A stretch of DNA of 64,000 nt from Callorhinchus milii (GCF_018977255.1 NW_024704743.1:63862001-63926000); one strand, 5' to 3'. Positions 1-12,326 are shown, counted from the stretch's first letter. The notes: generated from the letters alone by a model not told the origin. Program-made: numbers and translations.

Positions 1-957
1 GCTTCCATTTAATTTGCTGCAACCTTGTCTTGGTGACTGGTGTGAAATTTAAATTTCACAGGTGAGAGAATTCTTTGTTCTCTCCTATTACCCTTTTAGA
101 TGAAGCGGCTGGCATTCAAACAGTGGGAATAAATGCTAGCTATTAATGATTAACAAAGAGAAAAATACTCAAATCTTTTGAAAGCTCCACACAAAGATGA
201 GTAATGATGTTTTATTCTGCAGAAATAAACATGATCTTGTTTTAGAATTTGCTTTAAGAGCATCAAATTCTTTTTTGGATTAATCATATGTTAAGCATTT
301 CTATCTACTTTCCATTCCAAAATGGATATTTCTCACTTTAATGATCATAAACATTACCTTCGCTTTTTATTCCCCCACATAGACATAAAAGGACAGAACA
401 TGGACTACAATGTCATTGCTTGCCCCACTTTCCTAAGCATATCAGGAAACTAAAAAGAATTAGGCACTGAGCACTTAAATGTTATCTGTGCAGCACAGCC
501 TAAGAGCTACTTACAAACTTTGATTCACAGCATTTTGACTTGACATCTCCCATCATGATTTTTGAAACTCTGTCATCAGCATTAACATTATAAAGCTCAG
601 CAGTCAAGCTGCTTTACAGACCAAACTGTACATTTTTTTTTGAAAATTGTGCTCCTTGTTACTAAATCCTTAAAAGCTACACAAATCAGATTGTGATTTT
701 TTGCGTAGTCTAACACAATGCGGAAGCCCATCACCGAGGCTTCTGATTAAATGACAAAATACAGAGAATCATCTTCCCCAGTTGGCGCTGTTTGGAAGCA
801 CACTAACATTCCATTCTACAGGAGATTCGTATGAAATGCTAAGCCTGGCATTAGTTTCTGCATTTTTTCATCAAGTGCCTTTTAATTTCATAGTTTCTCA
901 TTCTAGTTTTTTGTTCTGTCATCTACGCTAGTCAACTGTTCTACGTGACTAAACATG

Positions 958-1109
958 TGGCACAGCACTGCTGTGAGCAATTGGCTGCTGCGTTTCACCC
1001 ACAAAATATACAGTCAATTCACTTTACAGTATATTCTGTGAAGCAATTTGAGACATCTGAAAGATGTGTTATAAGGCGCTATATCAAATGCAAGGATTAT
1101 TATTATTAT
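958..1109 (+). mobile_element. 3' fragment of the tRNA-Ala-headed SINE family
   Basis: caattggctgc...cacaaaatatacagtcaattcactttacag...gcaaggattattatt matches full copies. Confidence 0.85.
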
Positions 1110-1133
1110 ATGCCAATCATCCATTAAATTGAT

Positions 1134-1454
1134 GGAGTCCTGTAGCTCAGTGGTTAGAGCACTCGCTTTGCAAGCGAGAGACCTGAGTTCAATTCCAGGC
1201 AGGTCAGGGCGAAACCTTGGGCAAGTTTCCTTACTCCACACGCCTAATAATAATCCCTCCAAAACCAAAAACAATAATAAAAAAATTGGTCATTTTCAAT
1301 CTACGACTGTTTGTGGGACATTGCTGTGCGCAATTGGCTGCCGCGTTCGCCCACAAATATACAGTCAATTCACTTTATAGTGTGTTCTGTGAAGCGCTTT
1401 GGGACGTCCTCCCGACGTGAAAAGCGCTATATCAAATGTAAGGATTATTATTAT
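1134..1454 (+). mobile_element. Full-length young SINE (tRNA-Ala-derived head, L2-type tail)
   Basis: A box TAGCTCAGTGG, anticodon arm CTCGC-TTTGCAA-GCGAG, B box GAGTTCAATTCC, (ATT)n tail. Confidence 0.93.
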
Positions 1455-1854
1455 ACTAAACTTTGAGGCTCAAAGGGCAGAGTGATCATAACATGATAGA
1501 ATTTAGTATTAAGTTAGAGAGTGATGTAGTCAAATCCGAAGCAAGGGTCTTAAATTTAAATAAAGCTAACTTTGCAGGTATGAGGGAGGAATTAGCTAAA
1601 ATAGACTGGAGAACTGGATTAATGGATATGACAATAGACCAACAGTGGCAGACGTTTAAAGATGTAGTGCAAAATTCTCAGCGGTCACATATTCCCTGAG
1701 GAATAAGAGTACCACAGGGAAAGCAGTTCATCCGTGGCTAACTAGAGCAGTTAGAGAAAGTATAAAACTAAAAGAAAAGGCCTATAAAACTGCCAAAAAA
1801 GTAGCAAACCTGAGGACTGGGTGTGTTTTAAGGACCAACAAAGGAAAAACAAAA

Positions 1855-4091
1855 ACAACAACAACAACAACAACAAGGTTCCATTTATAAAGCGCCTTTC
1901 ACGTCAGGAGGACGTCCCAAGGCGCTGCACAGTTGGGTCATGACCCGAGCAGGGGGGAAATGGTCAGGGTGAGGGGAGGGAAGGGAGGAGCGAGGAGGGG
2001 GGAAATGGTCAGGGTGAGGGGAGGGAGGAGGGAGCGAGGAGGGGAAGAGAGTCGAGAGGGGAGCTGAAGGCACAGTCAAAGAGAAAGGTTTTGAGACCGG
2101 CCTTGAAGGAGGAAAGGGAGGAGGCGGCGAAGGCACTGGGGGATGGAGTTCCAGAGCCTGGGGCTGAGAGGCTGAAGGCCCGACCACCGATGGTAGGGCG
2201 GTTGGGGCGGGGGACGTGGAGCAGACCGGAGCCAGAGGAACGGAGGGTACGGGCAGGTAGGTAGGGGGATAGTAGGTTGGAGAGGTAGGAGGGAGCAAGG
2301 CCGTGAATGGCCTTGTAGGTGAGGATGAGGATCTTGAAATCAATCCTCTGGGGGATGGGGAGCCAGTGGAGGCGAGCGAGGGTGGGAGTGATGTGGTCCC
2401 GAAGCCTGGTGCGGGACAGTACACGAGCTGCAGAGTTCTGAATGACCTGCAGCTTGTGGAGGGAGGTGGCGGGAAGGCCGGCGAGGAGAGAGTTCCCATA
2501 GTCCAGCCTTGAGGTGACAAAGGCGTGGACCAGGGTTTCAGCAGCGTGAGGGGTGAGGTAGTGCCGTAGTCTGGCGATGTTCCGGAGGTGATGGAAGGCG
2601 GTGCCAGTTGTGGTGCGGATGTGAGGGAGAAAGGACAGCTCAGGGTCGAACAAAACGCCGAGGTTCCTGACTGGCTTTGAGAGGTGGAGAGTGCAGCCTT
2701 GGATGCTGATGGTGTCAGCGCCTGAGGTGCGGAGGCGCTGACGTGAGCCAATCAGGAGGGCCTCGGTTTTTCGCACGTTGAGCTGAAGAAAGTTGTCTCT
2801 CGTCCAGGACTCGATGTCGGACAGGCAGCTGTCAGGACATCGGTGGTCGTGGAGTTGAGAGTAGAGGAGGAAAGGTAGAGTTGGGTGTCATCCGCATACA
2901 TGTGGAAGTTAACTCCATGTCTGCGGATGATGTCACCACAGGGGGAGCATATAGAGGGTGAAGAGGAGGGGACCGAGGACAGAGCCCTGAGGGACACCAC
3001 ATGAGACAGTACGGGGGGTGGAGGAGAAGCCATTCGTCGAGACAAAGTGAAGACGGTGAGAAAGGTACGACCTAAACCACTCAAGGACAGTGCCTTGAAG
3101 GTTGAGGTGGGAGGACAAGCGGTGGAGTAGGATAGCGTGGTCGACCGTATCGAATGCTGCCGATAGGTCGAGGAGGACGAGGAGGCAGAGGGAGCCCTGG
3201 TCACAGATGGTCAGGATATCATTGGTGACCTTGACCAGGGCAGTTTCTGTGCTATGGGCAGCACGGAAACCTGACTGAAGGGGTTCAAAAAGTGAATGGG
3301 TGGAAAGGAAAGAGCGCAGTTGGGAGGCGACAACTCTTTCCAGGACCTTGGAGAGAAAGGGGAGGTTGGAGATGGGCCGGTAGCTTGATAGCTGCGACGC
3401 ATCAAGGGAGGGTTTTTTCAGGGTGGGCGTGATGGTGGCAGTTTTTAAGGGAATGGGGACAGAGCCAGAGGAGAGGGACAGGTTGATGATGTCGGTGATA
3501 TGTGGGGCAAGAGAGTGGAGCTGGGAGATAAGGAGTGGAGTGGGGATGGGGTCAAGGGAGCAGGTGGTTGGTTTTAGGGATAGGATGAGTTTGGTGACAG
3601 AGGGTGGGGAAACGGGTACAAAAGTGAGTAGGGGAGGATGGGTAGCAGTCGGAGTGTGGGAGTGAGGGGGTGGGGGGTTGGTGGATGTTGGAGGGGAAGT
3701 GACCGCGGAGCGAATTCCCTTGATCTTGGATTCAAGGAAATCCAGCATCTCCTCGCAGTGAAGGTTGGAGGAGATGACCTGCGCGGGGTGGCGGGGGGGA
3801 CGGAGGAGTCGGGTTGTGGTGGAAAACAGTAGCCTGGGGTTGTTCTTCGCCTCCAGGATTATCCTGGAGTAGAAGGACGACTTGGCCGAGGCTAGAGTGG
3901 AGCGGTAAATTTTGAGGAGGTCCAACCAGATTTGTCGGTGGACCGTTAGGCCAGATTTGACACAGGTGCGTTCAGCAGCCCGCACCTGGCTTTTCAGTGA
4001 GCGGAGGTGGGTGGTGTACCAGGGGGAGGAGCGGGAGTAGGAGACAGGAGGAGTGGGAGTAGGAGACAGGGAGGAGCGGGAGTAGGAGACA
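1855..4091 (-). mobile_element. Young 5'-truncated L2 LINE (subfamily A) with nearly intact RT region
   Basis: [60 protein letters not shown]; 3' stem-loop plus (TTG)n tail. Confidence 0.96.
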
Positions 4092-4177
4092 GCTCATTAA
4101 GAGTGAGAAAATGGATTATGAGGGCAAGCTAGCTAGGAACATTAAGACAGATTGTAAGAGTTTTTATAAATACATCA

Positions 4178-4461
4178 CAACAACAACTTGGATTTATATA
4201 GCGCCCTCCACGCCGGACAGCGTCTCAGAGCGCTTTATAGTAACGGATCCCGGGACCGAGCCAGGGGGAGGGGGAGGAAGGTGACCAAAGGCGCAGTCGA
4301 AAAGAAAGGTCTACAGCAGAGACCTGAAAATGGGAAGGGAGGGAGCGAGATGAAGGGAGTGAGGAAAGCAGTTCCAGAGCCTCGGGGCATAGTGGCTGAA
4401 GGCACGGCCACCGAGGGTGGAGAGGAGGACTCGGAGGAGGCCAGACCCGGAGGAATGAAGG
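4178..4461 (-). mobile_element. 3' end of L2 LINE (subfamily B)
   Basis: GGRAFSHYAPRLWN; nearly identical to 40497-40790; (TTG)n tail. Confidence 0.9.
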
Positions 4462-6654
4462 CAACGTTTAGAGGAATAGGCTCGCAAAAGTAAATGTGGG
4501 TCCATTACAGGCAGACACAGGAGGAATTATAATGGGATATAAGGATATGGCAGAGTCCCTAAATAAATACTTTGCTTTTTTCTTCACGTTAGAAGACACA
4601 AGAAGTTTACCAGAAATAGAGATGAACCAAGGGGCTAATGATAGGAAGCAACTTAGGGAAATTTACATTAGCAAAGAATTGGTGCTCGAGAAATTGTTGG
4701 CATTAAAAAGTGACAAGTCCCCTGGCCCTGATGGTTTGCATCCTAGGGTTTTAAAAGAGGTAGCTCATGAGATAGTGGAGGCCTTGTGTCTGATCTTCCA
4801 AAATTCTTTGGATTCTGGAACGGTTCCCATTGATTGGAAGATCGCAAATGTCACACCACTATTTAAGAAGGGTGGGAGAGAAAAGATGGGGAACTATAGA
4901 CCAGTTAGTCTGACATCGGTGGTAGGGAAAATTCTAGAAGCCTTAATTAAGGATATCGTAGTGGGATACTTAGAGGATCACAATATGATTAGACAGAGTC
5001 AACATGGCTTTACAAAAGGGAAGTCATGCTTAACAAATCTTTTAGATTTTTTTGAGGACATATCAAGTAGATTAGATAGGGGGGAATCAGTGGATGTAGT
5101 GTATTTAGATTTCCAAAAGGCATTCAATAAGGCGCTGCATAAAAGGTTGATTCACAGACTAGGGCCCATGGAATTAAGGGGAATATATTAGCATGGGTTG
5201 AAGAATGGCTAATGGGAAGAAAACAAAGAGTAGAGATAAACGGGTCCTTGTCAGATTGGCGGGATGTGACTAGTGGAGTGCCACAAGGATCAGTGCTTGG
5301 ACCTCAACTATTTACAATCTACATCAACAATCTAGATGAGGACATCGAACTTAATATATCCAAATTCGCGGATGACACTAAACTAGGAGGGAGAGTAAAC
5401 ACCGAGGATGACATTAAAAAAATGCAATGAGATATAGATAGGCTGGGTGAGTGGGCAAATAGGTGACAGATGAGATATAATGTAGGGAAGTGTGAGATCA
5501 TCCACCTAGGTAGCAAAAACAGTAGAGCAGATTATTTTTTAGAAGGGGAGAGACTAGATAGTGTTAGCATTCAGAGGGACTTGTGACACCAGTCACAAAA
5601 AGTTAGTTTGCAGGTACAGCAAGCAGTTAGGAAGGCTAACGGTATGTTTGCATTTGTTACAAAAGGGTTAGAATATAAGAGTAGGGAAGTCTTGCTGTAA
5701 CTGTATAGGGCCCTGGTGAGACAGCACCTAGAGTATTGTGTGCAGTTTTGGTCTCCTTATTTAAGAAAGGATGTACTCACCTTGGAGGGGGTACAACGTA
5801 GATTCACTAGGTTGGTACCAAGGATGAGGGGGATGAGTTATGAGGATAGGTTGAGCAATTTAGGCCTATATTCTCTAGAATATAGAAGAATGAGAAGTAA
5901 TCTTATAGAAACTTGTAAGATTATTAAGGGGCACGACAGAATAGAGGGAGACTTTATCCCCTGGTTGGAGAAACTATAACCAGGGGTCACAGTCTTAAAA
6001 TTGGGGGTAAGCCCTTTCACACTGAGTTGAGGAAAAACCTCTTCACTCAGAGGGTAGTGAATTTATGGAATTCTCTAGCCCAAAGGGCTGTAGATGCTCA
6101 GTCCTTGAACATATTCAAGACTGAGATTGATAGATTTCTTGTAGATAAAAGGATTAAGGGATATGAGGTTAAGGTGGGTAGGTGGAGTTAGAATAGATCA
6201 GCCATGATTTTATTGAATTGGCAGGGCAGGCTAGATGGGCCAAATGGCCTACTCCTGTTCCTAATTCTTATGTTCTTATGTTCTTAATGCTTGGCAAAAG
6301 CATAGAGTTCTGGGATAATTACTGGCAGGTCTTGTGATGCCGTTTCATCACAAACTTATAGAAGATGACAACTGTCAGTCTGTGAATTAGGCGGTCAGGA
6401 CCAAAAGTTACAAAAAATCAAGGATGAATTGAGCAGTTGAAGTGCAAAAACACAATCTGAAACATGTAAAACCTTCCAACTGTGTCCCTGGGTAGAAAAT
6501 TCAAAAAATCAGTGGAAAAAAAGGCCTCAGGGTACCTAGAGTAGAGCAAAAGCAACAACTTTGATCTGTTATTTTTTATAAAAGAAATGCAGCACATAGT
6601 GCTAAGCTTTAAGTAAAGCATAGTTCTTGATTATGAACTAATCTTTGCATAGTT

Positions 6655-6928
6655 TTCCCTATTGTTTGATCAATTATATTGTAATTGCTGTAAAGTACTT
6701 ACTATGTTTGTCTTATTAGTATTTCATTCATGTAATATCGTACATTGGTGTTTCAAGCAACCACTTAACATTGAATGTAAGCAAATGTAGATTAATTCTG
6801 CATGGAGTTTGTTTAGAGTTAAGTATAGGTTTGTGCCAGTGAAAGCATTAAGGAGATGGAAAAATATTAAAAATCAAAGTAGCAATTTATAAAGGATTTA
6901 TAAACACAGCCAAAGATTTTAGATCCTG
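6655..6928. repeat. Copy 1 of ~275-bp direct repeat
   Basis: Aligns by eye with 9381-9657 (about 21 substitutions, 2 small indels). Confidence 0.93.
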
Positions 6929-6964
6929 TTTTTTGGGATAATTTCTTAGCTTTTTCCTGGGTAT

Positions 6965-7442
6965 TTTGAAAGTGCTTCGCTAACATCACCAAGTATCAAA
7001 CTCACACCCATCACCTCAGTTCTCACCAAATTCATTGTCTCTTTGAATATCAGTAGATCAGTTTCAAGGCTCTTAACTTCATCTATAAATCCCAGTACTT
7101 TCTCATCTCTCCGACTTCTCGTACCCCACTCCTCTGCTCGGTCCCACCACTTGGCAAACTCCAGCCTGCTATGCATTCCCTGCTCTCTCCACCACACCAT
7201 CGGTGGTGCAGCCTTCAGATATAATACCCCTGACCTCTGGAAATCCCTCTCTTCCCCTTTGTTTGGCTTTCTTCCTATCTATCTTTAACTTCTGCCTTAA
7301 AAAACGATTTCTTCAAACACATCTATAGCCACCCTCTTTTCACCCATTCCCTCTCCTTTGCTTGGTGTCCAATCCCATCTTTGTAAAACTCTCTGAGATG
7401 TTAGCCTATGTGAAGGGTGCTATATAAATGCAAGTTGTTGAT
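6965..7442 (+). mobile_element. Old, diverged L2 3' fragment
   Basis: TIGGAAFRYNTPDLW remnant; tail gtgaagggtgctatataaatgcaagttgttg. Confidence 0.75.
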
Positions 7443-7758
7443 GTCAGTCTTCAAAATTTGGCTCACGTTCCAACTCTTCTGGAAGGAGAATAGTAGTACT
7501 TTGATGGTTATAAAAAGTAATAATAATGCTGGGTACTCCCTGGATCCCCACAAGGTGGGAAATGTAATGTGGCAGTAGTAAAGCAGTGCACAAAATACTG
7601 TAAAATTTAAAATCAAAAGAGCACCAAATACTATTTATTTTCCTCATAATGAAACAAGATTGTAAATGAGGAAAATATCACAGAACTGATTAACCATCAT
7701 CAGCCATTGGTTATTGTTTGGATAGAGTACTTTGGAAACAGTAAGATTTCCTACCCAC

Positions 7759-8202
7759 CTCAAATGCAGCACAGGACTTGACTGGGTACAGGTAGATGTT
7801 GGTAAGAGTTACTGACTGACAGTCAGAATTGATTAATTCTTCATGGTTTTCATGGATATAGCTGTTCAACTTTGATTGACTCTCTGAAACGTGACAATTT
7901 GGAAGAATCTGAATTCTGGCAGAATTCCGTTCTCTTTGACTGACTTCCTGGTCTTCTATCTTTCTTTTATCTGTGTGATTCTCGGTCCAAAATCCACATC
8001 TCTCCTTCATTATTTCAGTTCCTGACAAGTTAGACAGGATGGTTTTGTCAAAGCAGACTGGATTCTTCACAAAAGAATCGATGATGAACCTTAAGAATCT
8101 TTGTGCATCTTCAAATGTGGACATGTAGCCAAAGGATATTCTGACTGATCCAGTGGGGAGGCCATCAATCAGATCCATAGAATCCCCACAGATGTGGCCA
8201 GC
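7759..8202 (-). CDS. MOCOS: Molybdenum cofactor sulfurase, internal exon (444 bp, phase 0-0; ~human exon 8): end of NifS-like domain, linker, start of MOSC N-terminal domain
   Basis: Translates AGHICGDSMDLIDGLPTGSVRISFGYMSTFEDAQRFLRFII...TLTNIYLYPVKSCAAFE; acceptor ttccaacag|GCT, donor GAG|gtgggt. Confidence 0.97.
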
Positions 8203-9380
8203 CTGTTGGAAATAATGGAATAGTTTAGTCATCCACATAACAATTTCGGATGGTATAAAATATGGAAACACACTGACATTTTATGTATACAATCAGAAAT
8301 GCAAGTTTCTTAAACATTGGATACCTATCACAAACAAATAGCTTGATGTCGAAGAATTGAAAATTGAACATTTCTGGCAGAAAGTTTGTTACTGTTATTG
8401 AATCTTGCACATAGCCCCAAATAGCAGTCTGCAACATGTTCCGTGCTTATAAAACAATAAGGGATTTAAATTAAGCTTCAAGAAGCAAATTATGCAACTT
8501 CAGTTACGCTGCATTTTTGGAACAAACTCCAGATTCTAAATCCTTCAAAAAAGAAGAAAGTATCTGATTGAGAAAGGCATTTGGGTGAATAGTTCAAATA
8601 GAGATGGAAAGATTTGATCGTATTTCCCCTCCACCACCCTCTTGTCTCCCATCCCCAGCTTGGGTACCAAGCCAGTATCGTTAAGTGCCTTGGGGTGTTT
8701 TCCTGACGTAAAAGGTGCTATATCGATGTAAATTTGTAGTGTATTGTAATGCAGCACTTCACTGTTTCCAAATCCATGACCCAGGACTTGAATCTATGAT
8801 CCTCTGACCGAGAGTTCCAACTGAGACACGCTGACACTTACACCTTTAAATATATTTAATCCAAAAATACAGTATCAAAAGAGCTAAATGTCAAAGAAAC
8901 GAACATATATATATATGTGGCTAAAATGTACAGGACGAATAAAGGCACAACATTTAAAGTCTACTCTTCTGAGATAAAATGAATAGGAAACTAAATAGGA
9001 AATAGGACACAGACCCAGTCACTCTTATGTCAGGTATAGTATGGATCAAATGCAGAGTGAACTTTCATTTATTCTGTCCCAACAATATGTCAAGTGAACT
9101 TTATCCTGACCCAGCAATATGTCTTAACTGCAACTTCAAAAGATGACTCCTGCTGGGCCAATGCAAATTAATTAATTTCCTTCATAAACCATCTCTCTGA
9201 AGTTTATTACCAACTTACTGCCAAAAAGTGCAAAATACACTTTTTTCCTATCAGTCTACAACCACTAAAATCTGTGTTCATACACTGTGCAACCCTAAAA
9301 CATTTGATCCCATTAGTCCATGCCAATGTTTATGCTCAACATGACTTTCCACTCATTTGAATCCCCTCTCCCTTTCCCGC

Positions 9381-9657
9381 TTCCCTATTGTTTGATATCA
9401 ATTATGTTGTAATTGCTGTAAAGTACGTGCTGTGTTTGCCTTATTAGTATTTCATTCATGTAATATTGTACATTGTTGTTTCAACCAACCACTTAACATT
9501 GAATGTAAGCAAATGTAGATTTAATTCTGCATGGAGTTTGCTCAGATTTAAGTGTAGGTTTGTTCCAGTGAAAGCATTAAGGAGTTGGAACAATATTAAA
9601 AATCAAAGTAGCAATTTATAAAATATTTATAAATACAGCTAAAGATTTTACACCCTG
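9381..9657. repeat. Copy 2 of ~275-bp direct repeat
   Basis: Same orientation as 6655-6928. Confidence 0.93.
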
Positions 9658-11344
9658 AGGTGTCTATTAGGCTGTGTTGGATACATTAGCTCCCCAGGAT
9701 TACCTTGGAATATAGCAAATATTTATGTGCTGTCACTACCAGGAAATAAAATAAGGGAATAAACCTGAAACATGTAAAACTCTCCAATAATAATCCTTGC
9801 AATTGATATAGCACATTATCGCATTTCAAAGCACTTCAAAGAGTAATTCTGTAAAGTGTAGTGACTTTATACTTATAGCTGAACATGGTAGCAAATTTGT
9901 GCACAGCAACAACAAATTACACTTGTAGAGCACCCTTCACGTCAGAAAGACTGTGAGTTGGGGTCAGGAGGGGTGGAGGGCATAATTGCCTTGGCCACCC
10001 TCATTCAAAGGATGACAATGCAGCACTCTAGCACTGGATTTGAGCGTTAGCCAAGTGTTCCAAGGGAGTTGTGGGGCTTAAACCCACAACCTTCTGACTC
10101 AGGGGGGGAGTGTTTCTATGGAGCCAGCTTGACACCAAATCTTATCCAGTGACACTTTAAAGGTATGAAATGGCATTAGAGTGACTAAAACTATTTCATA
10201 ATTGATTATAGTCACTTTGGTAATGGGAAATAATTATTTAAATTGCTCCTTCTTTGAAAGTGCTTTCGTCGTTGGATACACTAGATATGACTGGATATGC
10301 TTCATAAAAATGTTTGTCGCAATTATTCTTGAAATCGGAATTTTTATCAGAAAATGTTAAGTGTACATTACTGCTGTTGCCATTGACAAATATGGATGCG
10401 GAATGCTGGAGTAAGAAACTGCAGACATTTCTCAGTGCTTAAAAGTAACCTTGTAGCCTTGAGCCATAGAAAGATAAAATAACTTACAGGGTGGGGGGGA
10501 AACCATTTATAATTTCTTCTCAGCATCATGAGGTAGCTGTGCTACAGGGCTTAAAGCTCATTTAACTGGTACGTGTAACATTTTCTCTGCACTTGGATTG
10601 CTCCCCATTTTCTCCTTTGAGAACACTAATGCCTCTTCTAATTTCCTCTGTAAAAGTCGATTCCTCAGAGTGCAGTTTTGGTGTTGGAGTTAAAAGTGAA
10701 GCTGGTTACTGTCACTAACAAATCCAATTATAGTGATCGTTTTATCTAACTGTAATATGTGAAATATAACGCTGTTGAGCTAACAAATTAAGGGCTTCTG
10801 AGTATAAAGAAAAGAGGTGCGAAGAGAAAAATGACTAAGAGATAATCCACCCTGAGCAGCACACACAAGACAAGACTATAAACATCTCACGTGCTGGTTT
10901 CATGTTATGGCCACAGGCCATGGTGTTCAAACTCAGCATGCACAAAATCTATGCAAAGTGCTTCATCCTAACTAGATAATTCAGCTTTTACCACATAGAA
11001 CACCACATATAAAAACTATTTTGCACTTTCTTATTTTTATTTATGTTATTAGTACAGTTGCCAAATATAAAAAGTAATAGCATCTATACACAGAAAACTA
11101 CACGGAAAATAATATTATGATGATAGGAACAAAGAAAATAAATTGGAAAGTGTTACTACAAGGTACTTGGTTCCCAATAAGAACACCTTGCTAATATTGT
11201 AATAGTTGGAAGCCATAAGTCCAAAAAGTCAGAGGAGAGACATTTAATTAAAAGCTAGTTATGGATGAGGTAGAGCAAGTGAGGATTTATGTCCTCAAAG
11301 AATGAGACAAAATAAGTGAGGATTGTGTCCTCAGTGACTGAGTG

Positions 11345-11770
11345 TGTCATTCTGGCTCATCTGATAGCACTTTTACCTCTTGAGTCAACCTCTTGGGTTC
11401 AAGCCCCATGTCAGAACCTGAAACTTATATAGTCAAAGTTGACACTCCACTGCAGTGTTGGGAGTGTGCTGCATTGTCAGATGAGACCTTAAACCGAGGC
11501 CCCATCTGCCTGTTCAGGTGAACGTTAAAGATCCAATGGCACTATTTGAAAAGAGAAAGGAGTTTCTCCCAGTGTCCTGACTAACAATCCAACAATTCCC
11601 AAATAAAAGTGGTCATTCACTACATTGCTGTTTGTGGGAACTGCTTTGTGCTAATTGGCTGCTGCATTTACCCACTAAACATTGAATCATTCCACTTTAT
11701 ATCCCATAAAGCGCTTTGGGACGTTCTCCTGACATGAAAGGAGCTATACCATTTTAAGGATAATTATCAT
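11345..11770 (+). mobile_element. Old Deu-domain SINE (SacSINE1/AmnSINE-like)
   Basis: tcagatgagaccttaaaccgaggccccatctgcctgttcaggtgaacgttaaagatccaatggcactatttgaa core, then the shared 3' part. Confidence 0.8.
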
Positions 11771-12002
11771 GATTATGATTTTTTAAAAACACTTAAATAA
11801 GGGTCTGTGTTATTTTGGTACGTTTTTAGCAAAAGTTGCAGTATTTAACTCTCCAGATTCCATTATTAGCTATCCATATATCAGGCTTGATCGTTTTCCC
11901 TTCAGAGTTGGAAAAAAAGAATGCTAAAAAAGATAGGAAGAAATAATCCTGGTAGGCAGAACTAAGTTTATCAGAGATATTTCTGATCACAGGAAAGAAA
12001 GT

Positions 12003-12326
12003 GGAGTCCTGTAGCTCAGTGGTTAGAGCACTCGCTTTGCAAGCGAGAGACCTGAGTTCAATTCCAGGCAGAGCAAAACCTTGGGCAAGTTTCCTTACTC
12101 CACACACCTAATAATAATCCCTCCAAAACCAAAAACAATAATAAATTGGTCATTTTCAATCCACGACTGTTTGTGGGACATTGCTGTGCGCAATTGGCTG
12201 CCGCGTTCGCCCACAAATATACAGTCAATTCACTTTACAGTATATTCTGTGAAGCGCTTTGGGACGTCCTCCCGACGTGAAAAGCGCTATATCAAATGCA
12301 AGGATTATTATTGTTATTATTATTAT
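12003..12326 (+). mobile_element. Full-length young tRNA-Ala SINE
   Basis: Near-identical to 1134-1454. Confidence 0.93.

Larger units (their letters stand above)
1475..6286 (+). mobile_element. 5'-truncated CR1 LINE (ORF2 EN end, RT, 3' UTR) split by two L2 insertions; pieces ~1475-1854, 4092-4177, 4470-6286
   Basis: [61 protein letters not shown]; internal stops; (TTCTTATG)n tail. Confidence 0.95.

Noticed and set aside
1134..1205. tRNA-Ala(TGC) gene
   Set aside because: Has A/B boxes and an anticodon arm but no proper 7-bp acceptor stem, and it always continues into the SINE body in many copies
945..1420. Recurrent ORFs such as MGKFPYST..., MESCSSVVRA..., [11 protein letters not shown]
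   Set aside because: Chance translations of the SINE, repeated at each copy
1885..2751. 288-aa Pro/Ser-rich ORF
   Set aside because: Alternative frame of the C-rich L2 strand
7640..7710. Possible next MOCOS exon (minus-strand WLMMVNQ resembles WMVVN)
   Set aside because: No LYDR motif or continuing homology; the true next exon appears to be outside the window
7711..8271. 186-aa ORF as a standalone gene
   Set aside because: Only 7759-8202 is exon; the flanks are intronic read-through beyond the AG/GT sites
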